Source: an uncultured Acetobacteraceae bacterium (GTDB lineage: Bacteria > Pseudomonadota > Alphaproteobacteria > Acetobacterales > Acetobacteraceae). Taken from it: a stretch of DNA of 64,000 nt. The DNA is taken from the NCBI GenBank assembly GCA_964247755.1, contig CAXTVX010000006.1:8022-72021 (forward strand), given 5' to 3'. Below the pieces are notes generated by a model. It made no database searches and was not told where the DNA came from. It worked only from the letters and a program-made list of their open reading frames with translations. Made by a program: the position numbers and the translations under genes. Below are positions 23,881-34,147 of the stretch, piece after piece; position 1 is the first letter of the stretch; each line of letters begins with the position of its first letter.

Positions 23881-24593
23881 GGGTGGAACTCCTTGGAACA
23901 ATCGGCTGTGGCGGTTCGGGCGGCCCACAGGTCGGGGCGGCGCGTGCGGGTCGCCTCCCTCGCCTGCGCGTCCCGCCAGGCGGCAATGGCGGCGTGATGG
24001 CCGGACAGCAGGACCGGCGGAACCGCCCGCCCCTGCCAGTCGGCGGGCCTGGTGTAGTGCGGGTATTCCAGCAGGCCGTCGGCGAAACTTTCCTGGGCGG
24101 CGCTGTCTTCGGAGCCCATCACGCCGGGAAGCAGGCGGATGCAGGCGTCGAGCAGGACCAGGGCGGCGGGCTCGCCGCCGGACAGCACGTAGTCGCCGAT
24201 GCTGAGCTGCTCGGCGTCGCGGGCGTCGAGCACGCGCTCGTCCACGCCCTCGAAGCGGCCGCACAGCACCGTGACGCCGGGGCCGGCGGCCAGACGGCGG
24301 ATGTCGGCCTGCCGCAGCGGGCGGCCACGGGGGGTGAGGTAGACCAGGGGTAACGGGTCATCGGCGGCGGCGGCAATCGCGGCGTCCACCACGTCGGGGC
24401 GCAGGACCATGCCGGCGCCGCCGCCGAACGGGGTGTCGTCCACGGCGCGGTGACGGCCGAGGCCATGCCGGCGCAGGTCATGGGTATGCAGCGACCAAAT
24501 TCCTTCGGCGAGAGCGCGCCCGGCCAGGGAATGACCGAGCGGCCCGGGGAACATGTCCGGGAACAGGGTGAGGATCGTGGCCTGCCAGCTCAT
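23877..24593 (-). CDS. trmD: tRNA (guanine-N1)-methyltransferase
   Basis: [49 protein letters not shown]. Confidence 0.97.
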   Translation of the reverse strand: MSWQATILTLFPDMFPGPLGHSLAGRALAEGIWSLHTHDLRRHGLGRHRAVDDTPFGGGAGMVLRPDVVDAAIAAAADDPLPLVYLTPRGRPLRQADIRRLAAGPGVTVLCGRFEGVDERVLDARDAEQLSIGDYVLSGGEPAALVLLDACIRLLPGVMGSEDSAAQESFADGLLEYPHYTRPADWQGRAVPPVLLSGHHAAIAAWRDAQAREATRTRRPDLWAARTATADCSKEFHP

Positions 24594-25153
24594 GACGCGG
24601 CCCGCATCGACGCGTCCGGGCGCGCCTCGAGCGACTCGTCTGGAACCTCGATCTCGTCGGGCATCGCCACCACGATCCGGCCGGCAGCGAGCTGCACCTC
24701 CGGTACGCAGAGACGGGTGAAGGGCAGCAGCACGGTCTGGCCACCCTCGCCGAGCTCCAGGATCGGTCCGGCGCCATAGTCGTGCACCGCCAGCACGGTG
24801 CCGACCGGCCGCTCGCCGGCGGCGGTGCGCTCGACCGCGCGCAGGCCAACGAGGTCGGCGAGGTAGAACTCGTCCGGGTCGGGCTCCGGCAGGCGGTCGC
24901 GGTCGACGAACAGGCGGCGGTTGACCAGATGGGCCGCCTCGTCGCGGTCGCGCAGCGTCCGGCCGGCGGCGTCGGTCAGCTCGGCGATGCCGTCGCCGCG
25001 CCAGCGCAGGGTCCAGGACTGCCCGCGATCGTCCGACAGGGCGCCGTAGGCGACGAGATCGGCCGGCACGGCGGCGTAGCTGTGCACGCGCAGGAGCCCG
25101 CGCACGCCATGCGGCCGTCCCACCACGCCCATCAGGATGCGCCGTTCGTCCAT
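24590..25153 (-). CDS. rimM: 16S rRNA processing protein RimM
   Basis: [28 protein letters not shown]; operon position. Confidence 0.95.
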   Translation of the reverse strand: MDERRILMGVVGRPHGVRGLLRVHSYAAVPADLVAYGALSDDRGQSWTLRWRGDGIAELTDAAGRTLRDRDEAAHLVNRRLFVDRDRLPEPDPDEFYLADLVGLRAVERTAAGERPVGTVLAVHDYGAGPILELGEGGQTVLLPFTRLCVPEVQLAAGRIVVAMPDEIEVPDESLEARPDASMRAAS

Positions 25154-25181
25154 TGCCTGGCCGGTCGTACCCGCTGCCGGA

Positions 25182-25523
25182 TCAGGCCGACGCGGCGGCG
25201 TTGGCGGCGGCGCGCTCCTGCGCCTTCTTCTTCGGCGCCGACTGCTTCGGCTGCTCGCGATAGGCCGGCATCGCGGTCAGGCCGGCATGGCCGAGGAAGC
25301 GGGCGACGCGGTCGGTCGGCAGGGCGCCCTGGCTCATCCAGTGCAGGATGCGCTCGCCGGCAAGGTGCACGCGGTCGTCGTGCTCGGCGGGCAGCATCGG
25401 GTTGTAGCTGCCAACCTTCTCGATGAAGCGGCCGTCGCGCGGGGAGCGGCTGTCTGCCACCACGATGTGGTAGTAGGGGCGCTTCTTGGCACCGGCGCGA
25501 GCAAGGCGGATCTTGAGGCTCAT
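25182..25523 (-). CDS. rpsP: 30S ribosomal protein S16
   Basis: [33 protein letters not shown]. Confidence 0.98.
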   Translation of the reverse strand: MSLKIRLARAGAKKRPYYHIVVADSRSPRDGRFIEKVGSYNPMLPAEHDDRVHLAGERILHWMSQGALPTDRVARFLGHAGLTAMPAYREQPKQSAPKKKAQERAAANAAASA

Positions 25524-25557
25524 CCTGAGATTCCTGTTCTAGTCAGCTGATATTGAA

Positions 25558-26949
25558 CTAATGCGGCCGGTGCGGCGGCATGCCGCCGGGCGGACGGCCT
25601 TGCGGCATCAGGGCGGACAGCCCGTGACGCATCAGGCCCTTGGCGCCCAGCTTGTTGATCCGCTTCATCATGGTCGACATGTCGTCGAACTGCTTCAGCA
25701 GCCGGTTCACGTCCTGCACCGAGGATCCTGATCCTGCGGCGATCCGCTTCTTGCGCGAGGCCTTGATGATCTCGGGCGTGCGCCGCTCCGCCTTGGTCAT
25801 CGACGAGATGATCGCGGTGTGGCGCTTCAGGATGGAGGTGTCGAGGTCCTTGTCGCCGAGCTGGTCCTTCAGCTTGCCCATGCCGGGCAGCATGTCGAGG
25901 ATGCCGCCGATCGAGCCGAGCTTGTTGATCTGCTTGATCTGCGACGCATAGTCGTCCAGGTCGAACTTGCCGCGCATCATCTTGAGCGCGAGCTTCTCGG
26001 TCTCTTCCTGGTCCAGCGTCTCGGACGCCTTTTCCACCAGGCCGGCGAGGTCGCCGAGGCCGAGGATGCGGCCGGCGACGCGCTCGGGGTGGAAGTCCTC
26101 CAGCGCCTCAAGCTTCTCGCCGGAGCCGGTAAGCTTGATCGGAGCGCCGGTGATGTGCCGCATGGACAGGGCGGCACCGCCACGGGCGTCGCCATCCATG
26201 CGGGTCATGACGATGCCGGTGACGCCGACCGCCTCGTTGAACGCCTTGGCCGTGTTGACAGCGTCCTGGCCGGTCATGGCGTCGACCACCAGCAGCGTCT
26301 CGGCCGGGCTGGTGGCGGCGCGGATCTCGCGCACCTCGGCCATCAGCGCCTCGTCGATCGAGAGCCGGCCGGCGGTGTCGAGGATGACCACGTCGTAGCC
26401 TTCGCGGCGCCCGGTCTCCATCGCACGGCGGGCGATCTGCACCGGGGTCTCGCCGGGCACGATCGGCAGGGAGCCGACGCGGGCCTGGGCGGCGAGCTGC
26501 TGCAGCTGGAGCTGGGCGGCTGGGCGCTGGGTATCGAGGCTCGCCAGCAGCACGCGGCGGCGCTCGCGCGCCTGCAGGCGCAGCGCGATCTTGCCGGAGG
26601 TGGTGGTCTTGCCGGAGCCCTGGAGGCCGACCATCAGGATCGGCACCGGGGCAGCGGCGTTCAGGTTGAGCGGTACCGCGCCGGCGCCGCCGAGCTGGTC
26701 GATCAGCACGTCGTTGACGATCTTGGCCACCGCCTGGCCGGGGGAGATGCTGTCCAGCACCTCGCGACCGACGGCGCGCTCGCGCACCCGGGCGGTGAAC
26801 TCCTTGACCACCGGCAGCGCCACGTCGGCGTCCAGCATCGCCAGCCGGACCTCGCGCATCGCCTCGACGACGTCGGCCTCCGACAGTACGCCGCGCGTGC
26901 GGAGGCGGTCGAACACTCCGGTGAGCCTGCCTGACAGAGCGTCGAACAC
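25558..26949 (-). CDS. ffh: Signal recognition particle protein
   Basis: GLQGSGKTTT, DTAGR, DAMTGQDA, TRMDGDARGG, M domain; GTG start. Confidence 0.98.
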   Translation of the reverse strand: MFDALSGRLTGVFDRLRTRGVLSEADVVEAMREVRLAMLDADVALPVVKEFTARVRERAVGREVLDSISPGQAVAKIVNDVLIDQLGGAGAVPLNLNAAAPVPILMVGLQGSGKTTTSGKIALRLQARERRRVLLASLDTQRPAAQLQLQQLAAQARVGSLPIVPGETPVQIARRAMETGRREGYDVVILDTAGRLSIDEALMAEVREIRAATSPAETLLVVDAMTGQDAVNTAKAFNEAVGVTGIVMTRMDGDARGGAALSMRHITGAPIKLTGSGEKLEALEDFHPERVAGRILGLGDLAGLVEKASETLDQEETEKLALKMMRGKFDLDDYASQIKQINKLGSIGGILDMLPGMGKLKDQLGDKDLDTSILKRHTAIISSMTKAERRTPEIIKASRKKRIAAGSGSSVQDVNRLLKQFDDMSTMMKRINKLGAKGLMRHGLSALMPQGRPPGGMPPHRPH

Positions 26950-26959
26950 GATGAGGCCA

Positions 26960-27014
26960 CCCCAAACGAGCAGGCGCCGCTGCGCGAGCCTTCGCGAAGC
27001 GACGTGTCTAATTG
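26960..27014 (-). ncRNA. Candidate ffh leader (cis-regulatory RNA hairpin)
   Basis: Minus strand CGUCGCU-U-CGCGA-AGGC-UCGCG-C-AGCGGCG stem-loop (26975-27004) followed by CUCGUUUG, between the promoter and the ffh start. Confidence 0.5.
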
Positions 27015-27020
27015 CCGCGG

Positions 27021-27049
27021 TGCCTAGACCCGGCTGGCCGGACTGTCAA
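27021..27049 (-). promoter_or_regulatory. Probable sigma70 promoter of the ffh operon
   Basis: TTGACA-N17-TAGGCA. Confidence 0.65.
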
Positions 27050-27116
27050 TCGCGGCACGTGGAGCCGCGCCCTGGCAGGGTTGACGTCCGGGCTGCGAGG
27101 GCGCCGGATCGCGTGG

Positions 27117-27557
27117 ATGGATGCCGTTCCAGAGGACGCGGTTCACGCCCGCGGCGACACCATCCGCCGCCAGCTGGAGCATGAGGACGGCCTGACGGTC
27201 AACCGCCTGTCCTGGCTGGTGGCGTCGCAGTCGTTCCTGTTCACTGCCTATGCCATCGTATTGAACGGCCTGCCTCTGGCCCATGACCGGTTCGTGGCCG
27301 TCAGGCAGGGCGAGCTGCTGCGCATCGTGCCGGAACTGGGGGTGGCCACCAGCGGGCTGATCTACCTCGGCGTGCTGGCGGGCCTGTGGGTGACGACGGC
27401 GCTGCGCCGGGCACTGAGGGAGCCGCGGCATCGGATGGTCACCGCGAGACCGCCGCTACCGGGCAACGCGGCGACGCACGCGCTGGGCCTTGCGGCGCCG
27501 CTGCTGCTGCCGCCGATCTTCTTCGGGGCCTGGGCGGTCCTGCTGCTGGGCTGGTAG
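27117..27557 (+). CDS. Small 3-TM membrane protein of unknown function
   Basis: 146 aa from ATG 27117; QLEHEDGLTVNRLSWLVASQSFLFTAYA then three hydrophobic helices; fills the ffh-kup gap. Confidence 0.7.
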   Translation: MDAVPEDAVHARGDTIRRQLEHEDGLTVNRLSWLVASQSFLFTAYAIVLNGLPLAHDRFVAVRQGELLRIVPELGVATSGLIYLGVLAGLWVTTALRRALREPRHRMVTARPPLPGNAATHALGLAAPLLLPPIFFGAWAVLLLGW

Positions 27558-27650
27558 GCGAGCCGCGGACGCGACGACAGGCGTTTCTGCCCCTGGTCCC
27601 CGGCCGGTCCCGGTCCGATGATCCGCTGCCGACCGCGACGAAGGATGACG

Positions 27651-29606
27651 ATGGCTCCCTCCCCCGATGCCCATGACCGTCCGCCGCTCGCCGTCGGCAT
27701 GCTAGCAGCACTTGGGATCGTCTACGGCGATCTCGGCACCAGCCCGCTCTACACCATGCAGACGGTGCTGGAGACCGCGGGCGGCAAGCTGTCGACAGAG
27801 TCGGTGCTGGGCGTGCTGTCGCTGATCGTCTGGGCGCTGATCCTGGTGGTGGCGATCAAGTACTGCCTGTTCGTGATGCGCGCCGACAACCGCGGCGAGG
27901 GTGGCATCCTGGCGCTGACCGCGCTGGTGACGGGCACCGTGCCGGAGGAGGAGGAGGGCAACGCCAGCCGTCCCAACCGCAGCGCCCGCGTCACCGCCGT
28001 GCTGCTGACGCTGGGGCTGTTCGGCGGCGCCCTGCTGTATGGCGACGGCATCCTCACGCCGGCGATCTCGGTGTTGAGCGCGCTCGAAGGGGTCAAGGTC
28101 GCGACGCCCGCGCTGTCGCACTGGGTGCTGCCGGCGGCCGTGATCGTGCTGCTCGGCCTGTTCGCGCTGCAGCCGGTCGGCACCGCGCGGATCGGCACCC
28201 TGTTCGGGCCGATCATGCTGCTGTGGTTCGCGGTGATCGGCACGCTGGGCCTGATCGCGACGCTGCGCCACCCCGAGGTGCTGTGGGCGATCGACCCGCG
28301 GCACGGCATCCGGTACCTGCTGGGCGGCCACTGGAAGAGCCTCGCCGTGCTGGGCGGCGTGTTCCTGGCGCTGACCGGGGCGGAGGCGCTGTATGCCGAC
28401 ATGGGGCATATCGGCCGGCTGCCGATCCGGATGTCCTGGTACGGGATCGTGCTGCCGGCGCTGCTGCTGTGCTACGCGGGGCAGTCGGCGAGCCTGATCG
28501 GGCTGGCCAAGCTGCCGGACAACCCGTTCTACGGCATCATCCCGCACGGGATCTTCGCGGTGGCGATCTGGCCGCTGGTGGTGCTGGCCACCTGCGCCAC
28601 CATCATCGCCAGCCAGGCGATCATCACCGGGGTGTTCTCCATGACCAGGCAGGCGATCCAGCTCGGCTGGTTCCCCGGCCTCAACATCCGGCAGACCTCG
28701 GACAAGGAGTACGGCCAGATCTACGTGCCGGTGGTGAACTGGGTGATGATGGTGTTCACCCTGCTGCTCACGGTCGGGTTCGGTTCCTCGGCACGGCTGG
28801 CCGGCGCCTATGGCATGGCGGTCTCGACCACCATGCTGCTGACCACCGCGCTGCTGTTCTCCTACCTGCGCCACGTCGCGCGCTGGAGCGTGGTGGCGGC
28901 GCTGGCGCCGGTTTCGGTGTTCCTCGCCATCGACGTGGCGTTCTTCTGCGCCAACCTGCTCAAGATCGCCGAGGGCGGCTTCGTGCCGCTGCTGGCCGGC
29001 GCCCTGGTGTTCGCCATCATGAGCACCTGGCGGACCGGCGTGGCGGCGCTGCGCGCGTCTGGCGCGGAGCAGGTGGTGGCGCCCGAGCGCTTCCTGAAGC
29101 GGATCACCGACGGCAAGGTGTCCCGCGTTCCCGGCGCCGCGGTGTTCCTCACCGCCCTGCGCCAGCCGATCCCGCCGAACATGGTCGGACACGTCGACCA
29201 GTTCGGCGCGCTGCACGAGCAGGTGGTGACGCTGACGGTGGCGTTCGAGCAGGTGCCGCGGGTCGCGGCGGAGGAACGGATCACGCTGCAGCGCTACGGC
29301 GGCGGGGTGTGGCACGTGATCGCCCGGTTCGGCTTCGTCGAGATCCCGCTGCTGCAGGCGACCCTGAACGAGGCGACGCATCAGGGCTGCCCGGTGGTGC
29401 CGCAGCAGGCGGTGTTCATCGGCGGCCGCGACGAGGTGGTGCGGCGGCCCGACTCCGACGATGGCGGGGCATCGGCCCGGCCGCGCCTCGCCGGGTGGCG
29501 CCGGCGCCTGTTCGGGGTCATGTATCGCAACGCGGTGCACCTGGTGGACCGCTTCGACCTCCCGGCCGACCGCTACGTGCAGATCGGCCGCCAGGTCGGG
29601 CTGTGA
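27651..29606 (+). CDS. kup: KUP/HAK/KT potassium transporter
   Basis: GIVYGDLGTSPLY, ADNRGEGG, YGDGILTPAISVLSALEG, TGAEALYADMGH, GQIYVP; start after AAGGA. Confidence 0.95.
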   Translation: MAPSPDAHDRPPLAVGMLAALGIVYGDLGTSPLYTMQTVLETAGGKLSTESVLGVLSLIVWALILVVAIKYCLFVMRADNRGEGGILALTALVTGTVPEEEEGNASRPNRSARVTAVLLTLGLFGGALLYGDGILTPAISVLSALEGVKVATPALSHWVLPAAVIVLLGLFALQPVGTARIGTLFGPIMLLWFAVIGTLGLIATLRHPEVLWAIDPRHGIRYLLGGHWKSLAVLGGVFLALTGAEALYADMGHIGRLPIRMSWYGIVLPALLLCYAGQSASLIGLAKLPDNPFYGIIPHGIFAVAIWPLVVLATCATIIASQAIITGVFSMTRQAIQLGWFPGLNIRQTSDKEYGQIYVPVVNWVMMVFTLLLTVGFGSSARLAGAYGMAVSTTMLLTTALLFSYLRHVARWSVVAALAPVSVFLAIDVAFFCANLLKIAEGGFVPLLAGALVFAIMSTWRTGVAALRASGAEQVVAPERFLKRITDGKVSRVPGAAVFLTALRQPIPPNMVGHVDQFGALHEQVVTLTVAFEQVPRVAAEERITLQRYGGGVWHVIARFGFVEIPLLQATLNEATHQGCPVVPQQAVFIGGRDEVVRRPDSDDGGASARPRLAGWRRRLFGVMYRNAVHLVDRFDLPADRYVQIGRQVGL

Positions 29607-29708
29607 TCGGGCGGCCAGATCCACGGGCTGGCCCGATGGGCTGACGCGGATCGGATGCTGGGGTAGTTTGTCCGCCAGACGATCGTCGGCGGACGGGAAA
29701 GGATCATC

Positions 29709-29891
29709 ATGGCCTACAAGGTGAACTACAACTTCCAGAAGGCCGAGCGCGACCGGGCCAAGGCGGCGAAGAAGGAAGCCAAGGCGCGCGAGAAGCAGGC
29801 CGCCCGCACCGGCGGCACCGAGGCGGCGGAGCCGTCGGACGCGACGCAGGACGCCGAGCCCGGCGCGCCGGCGGCGTCGCATCCGGAATAG
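29709..29891 (+). CDS. Small basic hypothetical protein (60 aa)
   Basis: Strong RBS GAAAGGA; MAYKVNYNFQKAERDRAKAAKKEAK charged helix. Confidence 0.75.
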   Translation: MAYKVNYNFQKAERDRAKAAKKEAKAREKQAARTGGTEAAEPSDATQDAEPGAPAASHPE

Positions 29892-30038
29892 TCGACGCCT
29901 TCCTGCCGGGAGCGCGCGCCTGCGCGGATGCGGCGCCGTCGCTCCCGGCGGCATCCGGGCCGGTTCCGGTAAGACAGGACACGCGTGGCGCCGGAGCCGC
30001 AAAGGGCTGCCGGTCGATCCGGGCGCGAGCCGGCCCCG

Positions 30039-31487
30039 TCAGGCGTCGGCGTAGGGGTTGCGGGTACCGCGCAGCAGCAGCCGGATCGGCGTGCCGGGCA
30101 TGCCGAAGGTTTCCCGCAGGCCGTTGACCAAGTAGCGCTGGTAGTCCTCCGGCAGCATCTCGGCGCGAGTGCCGAACAGGATGAAGGTCGGCGGACGCGC
30201 CTTGGCCTGGGTCATGTAGCGCAGCTTCAGCCGCCGTCCCTCGACCAGCGGCGGCGTGTGCCGCTCCAGCGCCCCCTCGAACCAGCGGTTGAGCGCGCCG
30301 GTCGGCACCCGCTTGTTCCATATCTCGTGCGCCGCCCGGACCACCGGCAGCAGCTTGCCCACCCCTGCCCCGGTCAGCGCCGAGAACGACACCACCGGGA
30401 TGCCGCGCATCTGCGACAGCGAGAACTCGATGCGGTCGGAGATCGCCTGCCGGGTGGCGATCCGGTCCTCCACCGCATCCCACTTGTTCAGCGCCAGCAC
30501 GCAGCCGCGGCCCTCGCGCTCGATCAGGCGGGCGATCTGCAGGTCCTGGTCGTGCACGCCGAGCGTGGCGTCGATCGCCAGCACCACGATCTCGGCCATC
30601 TTCAGCGCTTCCAGCGAGGCGGAGACCGACATCTTCTCCAGCTCGGCCTCGATCCGCGCCTTGCGGCGCAGGCCGGCGGTGTCGACCAGCTCGATAGGCC
30701 CAAGCGCGTCGGAGAACTGCACCGACACCGCGTCGCGGGTCAGGCCCGGCTCCGGACCGGTGATCATCCGCTCCTGGCCGAGCAGCCGGTTGAGCAGCGT
30801 CGACTTGCCGGCGTTCGGACGCCCGACGATGGCGAGCCGCAGCGGTCCCGGCGGGCGCGGCGGCAGCACGATCTCGCCGTCCTCGCCCACCTCCTCGATA
30901 TCCGGCTCGTCGGCATCGGGGATCGGTTCGGCCTGCTCCGGCGGCAGGCGGTCTACGATCTCGCTCATCAGGTCGGCCAGGCCCTCGCCGTGCTCGGCCG
31001 ATACCGCGAGCGGGCTGCCGAGCCCCAGCCTGTAGGCATCCAGCGCCGCCGCGGTGCCGGCACGGCCTTCCGCCTTGTTGGCGACCAGCAGCACCGGCCG
31101 GCCCTGGCGGCGCAGCCAGGTGGCGAAGTGCGAGTCCGCGGGCGTGATGCCGGACCGCGCGTCGATGCAGAACAGCACCAGGTCGGCCTCGGCGACGGCG
31201 TGTTCGGAGGAGGCGCGCATGCGGCCGTACAGGCTGTCGGGGGCCGCCTCCTCGAGCCCGGCGGTGTCGATCAGGCGCACCCGGCGCCCGCGCAGCAGGG
31301 CCTCGGCGTCCTTGCGGTCGCGGGTCACGCCGGGAGTGTCGGACACGATGGCGCTGCGACGGCCGGACAACCGGTTGAACAGGGTGGACTTGCCGACGTT
31401 CGGACGCCCGGCGATCACCACCACCGGCAGGAGCCGGTACGGCGTGGTGTCGGTCGGCGGCGGCGCCGAGCGGCTGCCGCGCCTCAC
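30039..31487 (-). CDS. der: Ribosome biogenesis GTPase Der
   Basis: Two GTPase domains ([16 protein letters not shown]; [16 protein letters not shown]) and KH-like C-terminus. Confidence 0.97.
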   Translation of the reverse strand: MRRGSRSAPPPTDTTPYRLLPVVVIAGRPNVGKSTLFNRLSGRRSAIVSDTPGVTRDRKDAEALLRGRRVRLIDTAGLEEAAPDSLYGRMRASSEHAVAEADLVLFCIDARSGITPADSHFATWLRRQGRPVLLVANKAEGRAGTAAALDAYRLGLGSPLAVSAEHGEGLADLMSEIVDRLPPEQAEPIPDADEPDIEEVGEDGEIVLPPRPPGPLRLAIVGRPNAGKSTLLNRLLGQERMITGPEPGLTRDAVSVQFSDALGPIELVDTAGLRRKARIEAELEKMSVSASLEALKMAEIVVLAIDATLGVHDQDLQIARLIEREGRGCVLALNKWDAVEDRIATRQAISDRIEFSLSQMRGIPVVSFSALTGAGVGKLLPVVRAAHEIWNKRVPTGALNRWFEGALERHTPPLVEGRRLKLRYMTQAKARPPTFILFGTRAEMLPEDYQRYLVNGLRETFGMPGTPIRLLLRGTRNPYADA

Positions 31488-31511
31488 CCGGGTCCACCGG
31501 AAGGATCGGGC

Positions 31512-32888
31512 TCAGCCATAGGCGGACAGCATGCCGTCCTCGCTGATCGCCAGCATGTGGCCGCTGGCCGCGATCGGCGTCATGGCGATCAGGCTGGACA
31601 CCTTGGCGGTGTCGCCGAGCTTGCCCGTAACGGCGTCCACCGTGATCATGCCCTGCCTCGGGAAATCGCTGACGCAGATGAGCTGGCCGTTCGCCAGCAG
31701 CGGGCCGCTCCACTCGATCGGCCCCTTGCCCGGCTTGGGGCGCCGGAACCGCGGCAGGGTGGTGACCCAGCGCACGTGGCCGTTGGTCTTGTCGAGGCAG
31801 GCGAGCTGCTGGTCCTGGCTCAGCAGGAACAGCCACTCGCCGACCACCACCAGCCCGTCCTTGCCGGCGACGGTGCGCTCCCACAAGCGGCGGCCGGAGC
31901 GCAGGTCGATCGCGGTCAGCACCTGGCCGACGCTGATCACGTAGGCGGTGCCGTCGGAGATCACCGGCAGGCCGTGCACGGAGGAGAAGTCCAGGATCGA
32001 GTTGCGGCCGCCGGTGGTGCCCAGCGTGTCGCTCCACAGCAGCTCGCCGGTCTGGGCGCGGATCGCGGCGATGTCGCCGGAGCCGAAGCCCGCCAGCACC
32101 GTGCCGCCAACCACCGCCGGCGCCGGCTGGCCGAACACGATTGTTTCCGAGGCGCTCGCCTGGTACATCCAGGCCTGTCTGCCGGTCGCGGCGTCGAGCG
32201 CGAACAGCTTCTCATCGATGGTGCCGAAGAACATGCGCCCGTCGACCACGGTGGGCGCCGACCGGCCCGGCGTGCCGACGCCGGTGCGCCAGCGGATGGT
32301 GCCGTTGGACGCGTCGAGCGCCAGCGACTCGGCGACACCGTCCACCACGTAGATGGTGCCGTCGGCGAAGGTCAGGCCGCCGCCGACGTTGGAGGAGCGG
32401 CTCTTCTTCGGCCGGGTGTCGGTGCGCCAGATGCGCGCGCCGCTGGCGAGGTCGAACGCGCCGACCACGCCGTTGGCGTCCATCGCGTAGACGCGCCCGT
32501 CCGCCACCACCGGCTCCGCCGCCAGCACGCCGCGATCGCCGGCACCGGTGCCGAGGCGGGCGCTCCAGATCCGACGCGTGCCGCCGACCCGGGCGTTGAT
32601 CGATTCGTGGCTCGGCACCCGTCCGGGCTGCTGCCAGTCGGCCTCGATCACCGCCTCGGGCAGGCCGATCGGGGTGGTGTCGCTCTCGTCGACGGTGAGG
32701 CCGGCGCCGATGCTCAGCACGTCCTCGCGTCGGCCGGCCAGCACCGGCTTCTTGTCGTCCTCGAAGATGCCGCAGCCGGCCAGCGGCAGCGCCAGCACGC
32801 CGAGGCCGCCCAGCAGCAGCCCGCGCCGGCCGAGCCGTGCGGACAGGGTCAGGGCCTCGTGGGCAGGTTCGTCGCGTGGTTGCATCAT
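31512..32888 (-). CDS. bamB: PQQ-repeat beta-propeller lipoprotein (BamB-like)
   Basis: LAGC lipobox, repeated A.D..SG..IW propeller motifs, yfgM-bamB-der synteny; start at ATG 32888. Confidence 0.75.
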   Translation of the reverse strand: MMQPRDEPAHEALTLSARLGRRGLLLGGLGVLALPLAGCGIFEDDKKPVLAGRREDVLSIGAGLTVDESDTTPIGLPEAVIEADWQQPGRVPSHESINARVGGTRRIWSARLGTGAGDRGVLAAEPVVADGRVYAMDANGVVGAFDLASGARIWRTDTRPKKSRSSNVGGGLTFADGTIYVVDGVAESLALDASNGTIRWRTGVGTPGRSAPTVVDGRMFFGTIDEKLFALDAATGRQAWMYQASASETIVFGQPAPAVVGGTVLAGFGSGDIAAIRAQTGELLWSDTLGTTGGRNSILDFSSVHGLPVISDGTAYVISVGQVLTAIDLRSGRRLWERTVAGKDGLVVVGEWLFLLSQDQQLACLDKTNGHVRWVTTLPRFRRPKPGKGPIEWSGPLLANGQLICVSDFPRQGMITVDAVTGKLGDTAKVSSLIAMTPIAASGHMLAISEDGMLSAYG

Positions 32889-33583
32889 CCGCCGGTCTTC
32901 GAGGTGTCGAGGGTGTCGAGAAGTCCGCTCGCCCGAGCGCGCTCGCTTTCGGATGCCGAGCCGTCCTCGGCGAGCCGGGTCAGCTTGCGCTTGGCGTCGG
33001 CGACGTGGCCCAGGCGCAGGTCGATCAGCGCGTCGGCTTCCAGCGCCAGCAGGTGCCACGGGCTTGCGGGCTTGAGGATGTCGCGCAGTCGGGTCTTGAG
33101 CAGGCCGGGATCGGCCTCGTCGGCCTGGTGCTGCACCCAGAGCAGGCTGGCCAGGCCGCGCAGGTCGGGATCGGCGCCGCGATCCTGCGCCACCTGGTCC
33201 CACAGCCCGAGCGCCCGGCGGTGGTCGGTCTTCCAGTCGAGGGCCGCCATGCGCAGACGCGACAGGGTGGCGAAGCCTTCTGGCGCTCGGGCCGCCACCG
33301 CGGCGAACTCGCCGACCGCGCGGTGCTGCTCGGGCGTCGGCGGAGCGTCGGGACCGGCCGCGGCCAGCGGGGCGGTGTCGGCATCCTTCTGCGCCGCGAA
33401 GTAGGCCTCGGCGACGGAAGCGGCACGCTGCTGCTGCCGGTAGTGCAGGTACTGCCACAGGCCGAACACCAGACCGGCCGCGACCAGGATCGCCAGGCCC
33501 ACGACCGCCAGGCGACGCGTCCGGGCGCGCGTGCGCTCGCCGCGAAGATCCGCGTCGATCTCGCTGAAGATGTCGTCGACCAC
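32885..33583 (-). CDS. Membrane-anchored TPR protein (YfgM/DUF2133-like)
   Basis: DIFSEIDADLR, one TM, helical repeats; GTG start, overlaps the bamB start. Confidence 0.85.
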   Translation of the reverse strand: MVDDIFSEIDADLRGERTRARTRRLAVVGLAILVAAGLVFGLWQYLHYRQQQRAASVAEAYFAAQKDADTAPLAAAGPDAPPTPEQHRAVGEFAAVAARAPEGFATLSRLRMAALDWKTDHRRALGLWDQVAQDRGADPDLRGLASLLWVQHQADEADPGLLKTRLRDILKPASPWHLLALEADALIDLRLGHVADAKRKLTRLAEDGSASESERARASGLLDTLDTSKTGG

Positions 33584-33733
33584 AGTTCAGTCCGATTTCC
33601 AGAAGCGCACCGGCTGGCCCGGACGCATGGCGGCGGACCATAGCGGCGGCGCTCCCTGCGGGCAAACGATGACCTGGGCCGCCGGCCGGGTGCCGTTCAG
33701 ACTTCGTTCATCGCTTGGCGGCAGAATGGCGCC

Positions 33734-34132
33734 ATGAAACGGCACACCGCGCTGCTGCTGATCCCGCTGCTCTGCGCCTTCATGCTGACCTGGCTTGGCG
33801 GCTGCGTTCCGGCGACCGTAATCCCGCTCACCGCCGGGGTCGGGGCAGACATCGCCATCTTCCACCGTTCGGTGCCAGACATGGTGTATTCCGCCGTCAC
33901 CGGACGCGACTGCTCGGTGGTGCGGCTGGACGAAGGGCAGAGCTACTGCCGGCCGGTGGACCCTCCGGTGCCGCCGCAGCCGTACTGCACGCGCAGCCTG
34001 GCCGGGGTGGACTGCTGGGCGCATCCGGAGCAGATCCCGGGCCTGCCGATGCAGGTGGCGCAGGGACCGCACGACCTGTCCCCGGAGCAGAACCGGGCGC
34101 GGCTGGCGCGCTGGCCGGTCAGCCTGCAGTAG
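33734..34132 (+). CDS. Hypothetical Cys-rich lipoprotein
   Basis: LGGC lipobox; PDMVYSAVTGRDCSVVRLDEGQSYC..YCTRSLAGVDCW. Confidence 0.75.
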   Translation: MKRHTALLLIPLLCAFMLTWLGGCVPATVIPLTAGVGADIAIFHRSVPDMVYSAVTGRDCSVVRLDEGQSYCRPVDPPVPPQPYCTRSLAGVDCWAHPEQIPGLPMQVAQGPHDLSPEQNRARLARWPVSLQ

Positions 34133-34147
34133 GGGGAAGCCCGGGGG

